Assembly (NCBI GenBank): GCA_040904565.1
Contig: JBBDTI010000028.1
Coordinates: 1-46,180 of the forward strand
Direction: 5' to 3'
Source: Rhodothermales bacterium
GTDB taxonomy: Bacteria; Bacteroidota; Rhodothermia; Rhodothermales; VXPQ01
Length of the DNA: 46,180 nt
Part shown: positions 16,348 to 26,664 of the stretch, piece by piece
Position numbering within the stretch: position 1 is the stretch's first letter
How the letters are laid out: each line of letters starts with the position of its first letter
Translations under genes and position numbers: made by a program
Notes under the pieces: generated by a model
Databases searched by the model: none
Seen by the model: the letters and a program-made list of their open reading frames with translations, nothing else
What the model was told of the DNA's origin: nothing

Positions 16348-18561
16348 CTAAGCTGAAGCCTTCAGGCTCACATTGTGCCCGGCAGACGCCAGCGCATCCG
16401 ACATCTCGAGTACGTCTCGCTGCTCGATGTACCGGGGGAAGGTGACTTCGAAGCGGCTCCCTTTCCCCTTTTCGCTCTCCACCTCGATAGTTCCGCCCAT
16501 CAGGTCGACGAGCCTCTTCGTGATCGAGAGACCGAGCCCGCTTCCCTCGTGGCTTCGCGTCAGACCGTCGCTCTCCTGCTTGAACTCGTCGAAGAGATGC
16601 GGTAGAAAGTCGGCGTCGATGCCGACGCCCGTATCCGTGACGGCGATGAAGGCCTCCTCTTCGGTGGCCTCAAGCTCGATCGCGATCTCGCCGTGATCGG
16701 TGAATTTGACGGCGTTGCCGAGGAGATTGTTAAGAATAATGTTGAGCATGTTGCGGTCGACCTGAGCGGGCAGCTTGTCGCCACCGACGCAGACGTCGAA
16801 GTCGAGATCCTTCTCTCTGGCGATGGCCTGGAAGACCGTGACGGCATCCAGCACCTCTTCCGTCAGGTTGACGTGGTGCGGAGCGAGCTGAATTTCGCCG
16901 GCTTCAAGCCGGGCGAGCTCGAGGATGGAATTGAGGGTGTTCATCAGCCGGTCACCGCTGACCTGGATCAGGTGCGCGAATTCTCGCTGATCCGCGGGAA
17001 GCTCGTCTTCGAGAATCTTTGCGAATCCGAGGATGCCTGTCAACGGCGTCCGGATTTCGTGGCTCATATTGGTCAGGAAGGCCGACTTCATTCGTGAGAG
17101 ATCTTCCGCCTGCTCTTTCGCGGCGAGCAGTTCCGCCTCGTACTGTTTCTGCTCGGTGATGTCGCGGCAGATGCCGACGGCGCCGATGACGCGTCCGTCG
17201 TCATCCCGAAGCGAGGCGAACGCCGTCGACGACATGAACGTCGATCCGTCCTTTCGCTTGCGGCCCATCTCGGCACGGTAGATACTCGTCTGCTCGAACC
17301 GGTTGATGACCGGAAAGACGTCGCGCCGAAGCTGCTCCTCCGTATGGAAAATCCGAAAGTGGTGACCGGTTACCTCGGACACGTCGTAGCCGTGCATCCG
17401 GGCCCAGGCCGGGTTTACGAAGCAAACGATGCCGGCCGTATCGATGACGAGAACGCCTTCGGCGGACTGTTCGACGGCCATGCCCAGCACGCGCAGCTGC
17501 TCCTGAGCTTCGCGCTGTTCGGTGACGTCCAGCAGCGTGCCGATGATGGCCGGCTCACCGTTGTATTCGATGACCGACCGGAAAATTTCGGCGTAGATGA
17601 CCGTCTGATCGCTCCGTATGCCTCGGATCGTGAAGTGCGAGCCCTCATCGGCACCATCGGCGCCCTTCTCCAGACGCCTGCGCATGTCCGGCCGGTCCTC
17701 CGGAACGAGGATCTCCAAAACGCTGTCGAGGTCCAGCAGCTCTTGCGGCTCGTAGCCGAAGACCTCCGCAAAACGCGGGTTGACGTACACGAACCGCCCT
17801 TCCTGGATGATATAGATACCGGTGAGCGACTGCTCGACGAGGATGCGGAACTTGCTTTCGGCCTCGCGAATCGACTGCTCTGCGTGTTCCTTCTCCGTAA
17901 TGTCTCGCACGATGACGAGCGCACGATCGTCTGAATAGGCCGCGGCACGCACTTCGTAGTGGCAGGTGCCGTCCGGCCCCTCTTCGGCGTACACCAGCGA
18001 CTGCGTGTCGTCGAGATCGATGGCGCATCGTACGGTACGCAGCATGCGGACCGCAATCCGCTCGGAGAAGGCCTCGAAAAGCGTCGTACCGTCGAGCGAC
18101 GCCGCGGTCCGCCCATACGAGGCCACGCGCTCCCGCGTGTCGAGAATCGTCCCGTCCCTATCCGTCAGAAAAATCGTATCCGGCAGCGCGTTGAGCAGCG
18201 CGACGTTCATCGTCGTGGAATCCTTCACGGCCTGCATGGCGGCGTGCCGATCTTCGAAATACCGCACGAGCTGCGAACGCACGCCGATCCAGGTGTATCC
18301 GATCAGCAGGAGGATCGTCACCAGAAGACCCGACATGAAATAGTTGCGGGCATTCGCTCCCATCCCTTCGAACCTGCTGCCGATCTCGAGCAGGACAGGG
18401 GCTCCGACGACACCCGGATGCGTCTCGGCCGCGGCCGCCGGCTGCCAGATCAGCCAGATGGCTGCTCCGACGAGCACGACGGTAGCGACGAGCGCTCCGA
18501 ATAGTCGTCTGACCGGTTGAGGCCAGTTGGACGGCCACGACCACTCGAGATGGTTCATCAT
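16348..18561 (-). CDS. Membrane-bound multi-PAS sensor histidine kinase
   Basis: Two N-terminal TM segments, three PAS/PAC units (RDITE, LDVTE, RDITE), H-box 'MSHEIRTPL', 'NAVKFT', 'DTGVGI', 'GSGLGL'. Confidence 0.95.
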   Translation of the reverse strand: MMNHLEWSWPSNWPQPVRRLFGALVATVVLVGAAIWLIWQPAAAAETHPGVVGAPVLLEIGSRFEGMGANARNYFMSGLLVTILLLIGYTWIGVRSQLVRYFEDRHAAMQAVKDSTTMNVALLNALPDTIFLTDRDGTILDTRERVASYGRTAASLDGTTLFEAFSERIAVRMLRTVRCAIDLDDTQSLVYAEEGPDGTCHYEVRAAAYSDDRALVIVRDITEKEHAEQSIREAESKFRILVEQSLTGIYIIQEGRFVYVNPRFAEVFGYEPQELLDLDSVLEILVPEDRPDMRRRLEKGADGADEGSHFTIRGIRSDQTVIYAEIFRSVIEYNGEPAIIGTLLDVTEQREAQEQLRVLGMAVEQSAEGVLVIDTAGIVCFVNPAWARMHGYDVSEVTGHHFRIFHTEEQLRRDVFPVINRFEQTSIYRAEMGRKRKDGSTFMSSTAFASLRDDDGRVIGAVGICRDITEQKQYEAELLAAKEQAEDLSRMKSAFLTNMSHEIRTPLTGILGFAKILEDELPADQREFAHLIQVSGDRLMNTLNSILELARLEAGEIQLAPHHVNLTEEVLDAVTVFQAIAREKDLDFDVCVGGDKLPAQVDRNMLNIILNNLLGNAVKFTDHGEIAIELEATEEEAFIAVTDTGVGIDADFLPHLFDEFKQESDGLTRSHEGSGLGLSITKRLVDLMGGTIEVESEKGKGSRFEVTFPRYIEQRDVLEMSDALASAGHNVSLKASA

Positions 18562-18620
18562 AAGACAGCGCCGGTAGTGCCGGACGCGAGCGGATTAGAT
18601 TCCGATTTAAGTCAGTCTCG

Positions 18621-18648
18621 ATATCGTCGTCTCGTGCGGGCAACTTTA
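18621..18648 (-). promoter_or_regulatory. Sigma28 (FliA/SigD)-like promoter for the histidine kinase
   Basis: Minus strand TAAAGTTG...GACGATAT (TAAA-N16-GACGATAT), 60 bp upstream of the start. Confidence 0.45.
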
Positions 18649-18755
18649 GCCTATCTCTGGATTTTGAACGGATCTACCTAGTCGACGTGGGTAGTGATGC
18701 CGACGCAGCGAATAATCCTTCCCGGTATGCAGTACCCACTCCCAACGGTTAGGAG

Positions 18756-19943
18756 CTACCCCTCTTCGAGCGATTCCAGGATGATCCGGCAGGCTTCGTC
18801 GAGCACCTCGAACGGAATATTAAGGGGCGGCGCGATGCGCACGAGGCGGTCGGAGTGAAGCGTCCACCCGAGCAGCACGCCCGACGCCAGGCATCTCTGC
18901 ACGAGGCGTGCCGTTACCTCGGCGTCACCCAGCAGCATACCCAGCATGGCACCCCGGCCGCGTATTTCGTCGATGTGATCGTGCGTCAGATGCTCCCGCA
19001 CACGCTCCTCGATGGCGAGAGCACGTGCAGGCAGGTCGTCTTCGAGAAGCACCTGTAGCGCTGCATGTGCGGCCGCGCAGGAAACGGGGTGGCCGCCGAA
19101 GGTCGTAACGTGGCTCAGGGGAGGATCCCTCCGGAGCGTAATCAGCCGCTCGCGACTCGACACGAACGCGCCCAGTGGCATTCCGCCGCCGAAGGCCTTC
19201 GCCAGGGTGAGCACGTCCGGCACGACGCCGAACCGTTCGAAGGCGAACATCGTCCCCGTGCGACCGAAACCCGTCTGCACCTCGTCGAAAATCAGGAAGG
19301 CACCCGTCTCGTCGCAGCGAGCGCGAAGCGCGCGCATCCACGCATCGCGCGGCACGATCACACCGCCTTCTCCCTGGATGGGCTCCGTAATGACGCACGC
19401 CGTCTCGTCGTCGATTCGCTCGAGCGCGTCGTCATCATCAAAGCGCAGCAGTTCGACGTTCGGAAGCAGCGGCTGAAACGGCTCCCTGTACACGCCGCGG
19501 CCGGTGACGGAAAGCGAACCGTGCGTATCGCCGTGATACGAGCCGTGAAAGGCGACGAGCTTCGTTCGTCCGGTAGCTTTCTTCGCCAGCTTGAGCGCAC
19601 CTTCGTTCGCCTCCGTTCCGGAGTTCGTGAAATACGCGACCTGCAGCGAGGGCGGCAGCTGCGCAGCCAGGAGTTCGGCCAGCCGGACCTGGGGCTCCTG
19701 AATGAACTCGCCGTAGACCATCACGTGCATGTACCGAGACGCCTGTTCCTGGACGGCCTGTACGACGGCGGGATGCCCGTGCCCGAGGGACGACACGGCG
19801 ATTCCGCTGATCATATCGATGATTCGCCGTCCGTCCTGGAGGTACAGGTAGGGGCCCTCCGCCCGGTCGACGACGAGACCGAGCGGCGCGTCGCTGGTCC
19901 AGGCCACATGTCGTTCGAAGCGTTCGCGCAGGATATCGTTCAT
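18756..19943 (-). CDS. Class III PLP aminotransferase (acetylornithine aminotransferase-like)
   Basis: 'NSGTEANEGALKLA', 'YHGDT', 'EPIQGEGG', 'FDEVQTGFGRTG', 'LAKAFGGG', 'TTFGGHP'. Confidence 0.93.
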   Translation of the reverse strand: MNDILRERFERHVAWTSDAPLGLVVDRAEGPYLYLQDGRRIIDMISGIAVSSLGHGHPAVVQAVQEQASRYMHVMVYGEFIQEPQVRLAELLAAQLPPSLQVAYFTNSGTEANEGALKLAKKATGRTKLVAFHGSYHGDTHGSLSVTGRGVYREPFQPLLPNVELLRFDDDDALERIDDETACVITEPIQGEGGVIVPRDAWMRALRARCDETGAFLIFDEVQTGFGRTGTMFAFERFGVVPDVLTLAKAFGGGMPLGAFVSSRERLITLRRDPPLSHVTTFGGHPVSCAAAHAALQVLLEDDLPARALAIEERVREHLTHDHIDEIRGRGAMLGMLLGDAEVTARLVQRCLASGVLLGWTLHSDRLVRIAPPLNIPFEVLDEACRIILESLEEG

Positions 19944-20260
19944 CCGTCGTTGGGTAGTTGTTTTTGCATCGCCCGAGCGGTTGGAGGGCCTTTCGATGGA
20001 ATAAGATGGCCATGATTTCGCTTGAAAACATCACGGGATCGAAGGTTGTCGAGCAGAACGGCGCATGCGACGCGACGAACGCGCCGTTCATTTGGCCGCT
20101 GAGGGAACAAGACGGTCACATTCGTCATAGCCCGTTCAGTAGCGGGATCCAACGGCCAACGTTCTGCCCTCCACCCATCTCAGGCCGTCTCTCGCGAAGC
20201 AGCGATATTCTCGCAGGTATATTTCGTCGCAGGTAACCAGTCCGCCGCTACAGCGACCCT

Positions 20261-21490
20261 ATGCTAACCACGGTTGCCAATTCCCTATTCGATCGCCTGA
20301 TCGATGCCTTCCCACCGAACCGTCCGTACGGGCGAGTCGAGATTCGGCGCGACCCGATGCCGGAGCCCGTTCGGGCGTACCTGGCCCATCTCCTGGACGT
20401 CAAGCTGCGGGAGCTGCTGGAGGACGACCTGCCGAGCGGTGCCTGGGTAGATGCGTATGCGGCCGAGGTCAAATCCGCCCGCACGGCCTACGTGGAAGCG
20501 CTGTCGAACCATCAGGCCGTACCGGCTCTGGAGTGGGCCGACGTACTTCGCAGTGCGACGCATGAAACGCTTCGCTATCTCGTGCGTCCGGCCGACACGC
20601 TCCTCGACACCGTATTCGATCGCGAGAGGAGGCCGGTCCGGTCCGAGATCGTTCTCGAGCGTATCGGCTACTTCGCACCGTATCCCTATTTCGGGAACGT
20701 GGTCGAAGCCTATTTCCAGCAAAAGGATGAGACGAGAATCGATCGCGAACGATTTGAGGGACTCGTCACGCGAACCGACCGCCAGATGACGTCAGATTTC
20801 AGTCCGCATCAGTGGCGCCGTCTTCTCGATCCGCTCGTCGACGTCCTGAGGGCGGCCGGCCGGCGGGACGTCCCGCTGGAACTGCTCAAAATCTTCCTGG
20901 AGGAGAAGGAGGCCGACGGACCGATCCGGCGCATGAAGCGATTGTACGGACTCGACGGCTTTGTCCCGTTCGACGCCCTCGAGGAGATCTTCGTGAAGGA
21001 ATCGGAACCGACTGGAGGGCGGACGAAGCGGGCAGACAGGCATGCGTCGGACGAACGGCCTGCATCGAAGAGCCGCGGTGGTGCCGTTCCACTCTGGAAA
21101 CAGTTCGAACATGGATACGAACCTGAAGTGGACGAGCCCCAACGCGAACCCGCTGAGGCCGTCAGCGACTCGGCGGAGCAGCCCCTCTGGAAGCAGTTCA
21201 GAAAGGCCCCGCAGGCACCTCCACCGAGCGACGGCGCTAAGCTCACCGACCTGGAACGAACGGTACTCGGCGAACGAGGTGCCAAGAACCGCGACCTGTT
21301 CGTGCAGCATCTCTTCTCAGGCAAGGAAAAAGACTACGAATCCACGCTTCGCCGCCTGGCGCACGCCGGGAGCTGGTCGCAGGCGTCCCAGATCATCGCT
21401 CAGGACGTCTTCCTGAAGCACCAGGTCAACATTTATAGTGACCCTGCCGTCACGTTTACCGACGCTGCCGAAGCCCAGTACCGGAGCTAA
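20261..21490 (+). CDS. Hypothetical protein: helical N-domain, disordered linker with two PLWKQF motifs, small C-domain
   Basis: 409-aa ORF with protein-like composition, preceded by a TATATT motif and ending 10 bp before the carboxylase gene. Confidence 0.8.
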   Translation: MLTTVANSLFDRLIDAFPPNRPYGRVEIRRDPMPEPVRAYLAHLLDVKLRELLEDDLPSGAWVDAYAAEVKSARTAYVEALSNHQAVPALEWADVLRSATHETLRYLVRPADTLLDTVFDRERRPVRSEIVLERIGYFAPYPYFGNVVEAYFQQKDETRIDRERFEGLVTRTDRQMTSDFSPHQWRRLLDPLVDVLRAAGRRDVPLELLKIFLEEKEADGPIRRMKRLYGLDGFVPFDALEEIFVKESEPTGGRTKRADRHASDERPASKSRGGAVPLWKQFEHGYEPEVDEPQREPAEAVSDSAEQPLWKQFRKAPQAPPPSDGAKLTDLERTVLGERGAKNRDLFVQHLFSGKEKDYESTLRRLAHAGSWSQASQIIAQDVFLKHQVNIYSDPAVTFTDAAEAQYRS

Positions 21491-21500
21491 GCCATATCAT

Positions 21501-23054
21501 ATGAGCGATCGTGACGGAATCAGAGCGGACCTCGAACAACGCCGGAAGGAGGCCCGGCTCGGTGGAGGTCCGGCCCGCATCGAACGGCAGCACGAAAAGG
21601 GAAAGCTTACGGCGCGCGAGCGCATCGATGTGCTGCTGGACGAGGACTCGTTCGAGGAGCTCGGTACGTTCGTTCGCCATCAGACGAAAGACTTCGACCT
21701 CGACGAACACCGCCCGTACGGGGACGGTGTTGTAACCGGCTACGGCACGATCGACGGTCGACTCGTCTACGTGTTCAGCCAGGATTTTACCGTGTTTGGC
21801 GGCTCGCTCGGACTCGCACATGCCCGTAAGATCACGCGGCTGATGAACCTGGCCATGGAGAACGGTGCGCCCGTAATCGGACTGAACGATTCGGGCGGCG
21901 CTCGCATCCAGGAAGGCGTCGATTCGCTCGGTGGCTACGCGGACATCTTTCTGCTCAATACGCTGGCGTCGGGCGTCGTACCCCAGATATCCGCCATCCT
22001 GGGCCCCTGCGCCGGCGGCGCGGTGTACAGTCCGGCCATTACGGACTTCGTATTCATGACCCGGAATACGAGCTACATGTTCGTCACCGGCCCGAACGTC
22101 GTGAAGACCGTAACGCAGGAGGACGTGTCAGCCGAAGAGCTCGGCGGGGCCGAGACGCACGCATCGAAAAGCGGCGTCGCTCACGTGGCCTGTGAGAACG
22201 AGGTCGACTGCCTCCACCGAATCCGCGACCTGCTGGCGTACCTTCCCCAAAACTGCGAGGACGCGCCGCCCGTCGTGGAAACGGACGATCCGCCGGACCG
22301 GCAGGACGAAGAGCTGGATGGCCTCGTGCCGGAAAATCCCAACAAGCCGTACGACATGCATCGCGTGATCTCGGCGATTGTGGACGACCGGGCGTTCTAC
22401 GAGATCCACGGTGATTTTGCACCGAACCTCGTCGTAGGCTTTGCGCGGTTGGGCGGCCGGTCCGTCGGCATCGTCGCGAACCAGCCCGCCGTGCTCGCCG
22501 GTGTCCTGGATATGGATGCCTCGGTGAAAGGCGCACGATTCGTCCGTTTCTGCGACGCCTTCAACATCCCACTCGTCGTCTTCGAAGACGTCCCCGGCTT
22601 TCTTCCCGGTACCGACCAGGAGTGGCGCGGCATCATCCGCCACGGCGCCAAGCTGCTGTATGCCTTCTGCGAGGCGACCGTACCCAGACTGACGGTCATC
22701 ACGCGCAAAGCCTACGGCGGTGCCTACGACGTTATGAACTCCAAACACATCCGAGGCGACCTTAATTTCGCCTGGCCGACGGCGGAGATCGCCGTGATGG
22801 GGCCCAAAGGCGCCGTCGAAATCATCTACAAGCGGCAGATCGCGGCAGCCGACGACCCGGAAGCCCTCGAGAAGGAGTTCGTAGACCAGTATCGCGAGAA
22901 ATTCGCCAATCCCTACATCGCGGCCGAGCGCGGATACATCGACGACGTTATTCTGCCCGGTGAGACGCGCTATCGTCTCATTCGGGGATTGGACATGCTG
23001 AAGAACAAGGTCGCCAACAACCCGAGAAAGAAACACGGAAATATCCCGCTCTGA
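21501..23054 (+). CDS. pccB: Acyl-CoA (propionyl-CoA-type) carboxylase carboxyltransferase beta subunit
   Basis: 'GKLTARERI', '[10 protein letters not shown]', '[12 protein letters not shown]', 'DVPGFLPG', 'RKAYGGAY', 'KKHGNIPL'. Start set at ATG 21501. Confidence 0.93.
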   Translation: MSDRDGIRADLEQRRKEARLGGGPARIERQHEKGKLTARERIDVLLDEDSFEELGTFVRHQTKDFDLDEHRPYGDGVVTGYGTIDGRLVYVFSQDFTVFGGSLGLAHARKITRLMNLAMENGAPVIGLNDSGGARIQEGVDSLGGYADIFLLNTLASGVVPQISAILGPCAGGAVYSPAITDFVFMTRNTSYMFVTGPNVVKTVTQEDVSAEELGGAETHASKSGVAHVACENEVDCLHRIRDLLAYLPQNCEDAPPVVETDDPPDRQDEELDGLVPENPNKPYDMHRVISAIVDDRAFYEIHGDFAPNLVVGFARLGGRSVGIVANQPAVLAGVLDMDASVKGARFVRFCDAFNIPLVVFEDVPGFLPGTDQEWRGIIRHGAKLLYAFCEATVPRLTVITRKAYGGAYDVMNSKHIRGDLNFAWPTAEIAVMGPKGAVEIIYKRQIAAADDPEALEKEFVDQYREKFANPYIAAERGYIDDVILPGETRYRLIRGLDMLKNKVANNPRKKHGNIPL

Positions 23055-23158
23055 CGGACAGTAATGACAGGTTATGCAGACCGTGCGGGGGCGCCGCGCC
23101 TCACACGCACAGGTGGACTCCGCAGGTACCCTGCCATACGGAATGTTTTAGCAATCAC

Positions 23159-23185
23159 TTAAGAGCATCCAAGTGTTGCCGATAC
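23159..23185 (+). promoter_or_regulatory. Sigma28-like promoter upstream of the lytic transglycosylase
   Basis: TTAAG-N14-GCCGATAC, about 230 bp upstream of GTG 23412. Confidence 0.5.
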
Positions 23186-23411
23186 ATAAGGATAGCGGCA
23201 CCTGAGAGTCATGGCGAGTATTTCTCGCGTAACCCTTGTATTAAATTACGTATATAATTATTGTGACCGCAGGTATGCATCCCGAGCTCAGGCTTCGCTT
23301 TAACTATCATCTTGATCATCCGTCCAGGTGATCATCTACATCGTCACGTAGGTCATCATCGTACCCGTCGAATTACGGCGTCACTTCACGGCTAACATTA
23401 CGGAGGAAATC

Positions 23412-25715
23412 GTGGGTCGCAACATCCTGCTCGTCGTCCTTACGCTGGTCATCCCGGTGACCGGACAGGCACAACATCCAGTTCATTCCGTCGACGCCGG
23501 CCCTCGTCTCGAGGCGCTGCCCCCCAGTTACATTCCGTTGGCTGTGGAGGCGCGGCTTCCCGGATCGGACGCGCTTGCAGGAGAGATACGGGGCGACGTC
23601 CTCCTTACCCGCCTCGCGCGACTCTATGATTTGCAGGCGCGCGTCCTCGAGGCCGCCGCGGTCGGTGACCACGGGCGGACGGAAAGACTGCTCGATCAGG
23701 CGATGGCGGCGCTGCAGGTATTGATCGAGGAACCCGACATCACGGAGCGCCCTCGTTTCAGAGATCTTTACCGAACCATCGTCGCCGAGTACGAACGGTT
23801 CTACGGCGTACCGTCCGACTCGCTCGCGCTTCCGTACGGTGACATCTACGCGGTGCGCAGCGCCCTCTTCGATGCGATGAATGCCGTCGAGGAGCCGTTG
23901 TTGGAGAACGTATCCTTCCCGCCGCTCGGGCCGGTGGCCTCGAGCGTTCCGATGACGATGAACCGGCTCGTGGAACAGAGCATCAGTTACCTGGTCAGCT
24001 CGCCGGAAAAGCATCTCTACCACTGGCTCTCTCGTGCCCAGACGTACTTTCCGATGATCGAGCGCGTGCTCCGCGAAGAGGGGGTGCCGGACGAGCTCAA
24101 GTATCTCGCCATGATCGAGAGCGGCCTCAATCCTCGCGCCCGGAGCTGGGCTTCGGCCAACGGCATGTGGCAGTTCATGTCGGCCACGGGTCGTTCCTAC
24201 GGTCTCCAGGTGAACAGCTGGGTCGACGAGCGCATGGATCCCGAGAAGGCGACGCGGGCCGCGGCGCGACACCTTATGGACCTCCACGCCATGTTCGATG
24301 GGGACTGGCAGCTGGCGCTGGCCGGCTACAACGCCGGTCCGGGACGCGTGCGCAGCGCCCTCCGGCGCGCCGAGCGGCGGTTGGGGCGGACGTCGACTTT
24401 CTGGGACATCTACAACGATATTCCGCGCGAGACCCGTAATTACGTGCCGATGTTTATCGCGGCATCGCTCGTAGCGTCCAATCCGGCCGCCTTCGACGTC
24501 GACGTGAGCAACGTGAAGGAGGGTCCGGAGTACGCCTTTCACTTCGTTCCCGTGCGCGGCTTCCTCTCCACTGAAGAGATCGCCGAGTTGGCTGGAACGG
24601 ACGAGGCGACCATCCTGGCGCTCAATCCGGAGCTGCGCCGTTCGCAGATACCACCGTCCAAGGACGGCTACTACGTTCGCATTCCAATCGGCTCGTACGA
24701 TCGTTTCGCGACCGCGTATGCCGAGCTGCCTGAAGCGAAGAAACAGTCTACCGTGACGTACGTCGTGGAACGCGGCGACGTCCTCGGACGGATCGCCCGG
24801 CAGTACGGGGTGTCGGTCTCGGAGCTCATGCGAACGAACGGGCTCCGGAGCACAACCATTCAGATCGGACAGCGTCTCGTGGTCCCCGTCCCATCGTACG
24901 ACAGCAGCCCGCTGCTTGCCGGCCTCGAGGACGAGGACGTCGTGACCGTAGAGTACGGCCGTACGGCGCCGCGACCGATCCTGGCAGACGGCGCCGTCAC
25001 GCGCCGGACCCCGGCGCGCAGCCAGACGCCCGTCGTCCTGGCCGGCACCTCGGCAGGCGGTTCGACGCCGCGGCGCACGGCCGCTTCGCCGGATGCATCC
25101 TCGGATGCTCCCTCCGGTACGACGACTCCGACGGCGGACGCCGGGCCCGCGACGCCGACCGGCGGCAAGGATCGCTCCGATCCGGCGAACGCGGAGGCCA
25201 CGACGGATGAAGAGACGGCGGAGCCCGAATCGGACGCGACGACGCGGATCGTCTACACGGTCCGCCGCGGCGACAACCTTTCGACGATTGCCCAGCGGTA
25301 CGGCGTTGCCGTCGCGGACCTCCGCGGCTGGAACGGGATCTCCGGCAGCCGCATACAGGTCGGCCAGTCGCTCTATCTCTACGACGACAACCCTTCGAAG
25401 CCCGAGACGGCAAGCCCCATCACGTACCAGGTGCGCCGCGGCGACACGATCAGCGAGATCGCGGATGCCTACGGAGTACGACAGGCCGACCTGCGTCGCT
25501 GGAACAACCTCCGGTCGAGCACGATCCGGGTGGGACAGCGTCTGACGATCCACGGTGGAAGCGAACAGGCCCAGTCGGTCTACCGCGTGCAGCGCGGCGA
25601 CTCGCTCTACGTGATCGCGCGTAAGCTCGGCGTCACGATAGAGGATCTGAGGCGCTGGAATTCGCTCTCGTCGAACCGACTGATGCCCGGCCAGGAATTA
25701 AAGATCAACTCCTGA
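23412..25715 (+). CDS. MltD-like lytic transglycosylase with SLT domain and four LysM repeats
   Basis: Signal peptide; SLT 'AMIESGLNPRARSWASANGMWQFM', 'ALAGYNAG', 'ETRNYVP'; four 'YxVxRGD' LysM units and a P/T/A-rich linker. Confidence 0.93.
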   Translation: MGRNILLVVLTLVIPVTGQAQHPVHSVDAGPRLEALPPSYIPLAVEARLPGSDALAGEIRGDVLLTRLARLYDLQARVLEAAAVGDHGRTERLLDQAMAALQVLIEEPDITERPRFRDLYRTIVAEYERFYGVPSDSLALPYGDIYAVRSALFDAMNAVEEPLLENVSFPPLGPVASSVPMTMNRLVEQSISYLVSSPEKHLYHWLSRAQTYFPMIERVLREEGVPDELKYLAMIESGLNPRARSWASANGMWQFMSATGRSYGLQVNSWVDERMDPEKATRAAARHLMDLHAMFDGDWQLALAGYNAGPGRVRSALRRAERRLGRTSTFWDIYNDIPRETRNYVPMFIAASLVASNPAAFDVDVSNVKEGPEYAFHFVPVRGFLSTEEIAELAGTDEATILALNPELRRSQIPPSKDGYYVRIPIGSYDRFATAYAELPEAKKQSTVTYVVERGDVLGRIARQYGVSVSELMRTNGLRSTTIQIGQRLVVPVPSYDSSPLLAGLEDEDVVTVEYGRTAPRPILADGAVTRRTPARSQTPVVLAGTSAGGSTPRRTAASPDASSDAPSGTTTPTADAGPATPTGGKDRSDPANAEATTDEETAEPESDATTRIVYTVRRGDNLSTIAQRYGVAVADLRGWNGISGSRIQVGQSLYLYDDNPSKPETASPITYQVRRGDTISEIADAYGVRQADLRRWNNLRSSTIRVGQRLTIHGGSEQAQSVYRVQRGDSLYVIARKLGVTIEDLRRWNSLSSNRLMPGQELKINS

Positions 25716-25792
25716 TCGCCGAGGCCGTGAGGAGGCTCAGGTGCCGTATGGAGGGGTCGCTGCCGGGAAGCGACGCATCGAGCTGACGCGCG

Positions 25793-26545
25793 TCAGCCGA
25801 AAAGTGCTCGTACGTATTCCCGCCGCATCTTCGCGATGGCGTCGATAGAAATGCCTTTCGGACAGACCGCCTCGCACTCACCGTGATTCGAGCAGTCGCC
25901 AAAGCCTTCCGCCTCCATCTGGTCGACCATCCGCACGACGCGGCGTTTCCGTTCGACCTTACCCTGAGGCATGTCGGCCAGATGGGCGATTTTGGCGCCG
26001 GTGAAGAGCGAAGCCGATGAGTTTGGGCACGACGCCACGCAGGCGCCGCAGCCGATGCAGGCCGCGAAATCGAACGCCTCGTCGGCATCGTCCTTCGGAA
26101 CGGGGATCGCGTTGGCGTCCGGAGCACCGCCGGTGCTGACGGACACGTAGCCGCCGGCCGCGATGATACGATCGAACGCCGCGCGGTCCACGACGAGATC
26201 CTTGACGATCGGAAACGCTTCTGCGCGGAAGGGCTCGACGACGATCGTATCGCCGTCGTTATAGTGCCGCATGTGCAGCTGGCAGATGGCGGTGGCCTTC
26301 ATCGGCCCGTGTGCGATGCCGCCGACGATTAGTCCGCATGAGCCACAAATGCCTTCGCGGCAATCGTTGTCGAACTCGACGGGATCCTCGCCCTGCTTGA
26401 TGAGATCCTCGTTGAGCACGTCGAGCATCTCCAGGAAGGACATGTCGCTGTTCACCGAATCGAGGGTGTAGTCGACCAGGCGCCCGTCCGCGTCCGGACC
26501 GGCCTGTCTCCATACCTTGAGATGTATCGTCATCGTCTCTGCCAT
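25793..26545 (-). CDS. sdhB: Succinate dehydrogenase/fumarate reductase iron-sulfur subunit
   Basis: 'CREGICGSC', '[12 protein letters not shown]', '[12 protein letters not shown]'. Start set at ATG 26545. Confidence 0.95.
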   Translation of the reverse strand: MAETMTIHLKVWRQAGPDADGRLVDYTLDSVNSDMSFLEMLDVLNEDLIKQGEDPVEFDNDCREGICGSCGLIVGGIAHGPMKATAICQLHMRHYNDGDTIVVEPFRAEAFPIVKDLVVDRAAFDRIIAAGGYVSVSTGGAPDANAIPVPKDDADEAFDFAACIGCGACVASCPNSSASLFTGAKIAHLADMPQGKVERKRRVVRMVDQMEAEGFGDCSNHGECEAVCPKGISIDAIAKMRREYVRALFG

Positions 26546-26612
26546 ACTGGCTCCGCAAATCGTTGCGTTGAACATCGGAACGAGCGACACACGCCGGCAA
26601 CGCGCGGCTCGT

Positions 26613-26664
26613 CTTACTTGTAGCTTCGCGTGGTCAGCTTACTTGTAGCTTCGCGTGGTCAGCT
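26613..26664. repeat. Exact 25-bp tandem duplication of the sdhA 3' end
   Basis: CTTACTTGTAGCTTCGCGTGGTCAG at 26613-26637 and 26638-26662, followed by CT. Confidence 0.95.

Noticed and set aside
19940-20152. 70-aa ORF overlapping the aminotransferase start (ATGA) with 'VLLDNLRS', reminiscent of TrmH/SpoU motif 1
   Set aside because: The similarity is limited to about 8 residues and the following N-x-G-x-x-x-R is missing; cannot support a gene or pseudogene call.
23120-23136. Sigma54-like TGGCAG-N5-CTGC on the minus strand
   Set aside because: Points antisense into the end of pccB, has a poor -12 box, and is explained by a local palindrome.
23173-23240. TPP-riboswitch-like fragment (hairpin, CTGAGA, then ACCC)
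   Set aside because: Lacks the downstream ACCTGAT and GCGTAGG core, and the downstream gene is unrelated to thiamine.
23373-25553. 726-aa minus-strand ORF, and similar long antisense ORFs such as 5289-6479, 12207-13484 and 31385-32590
   Set aside because: Each lies opposite a well-supported gene and has R/V/G/H-skewed shadow composition.
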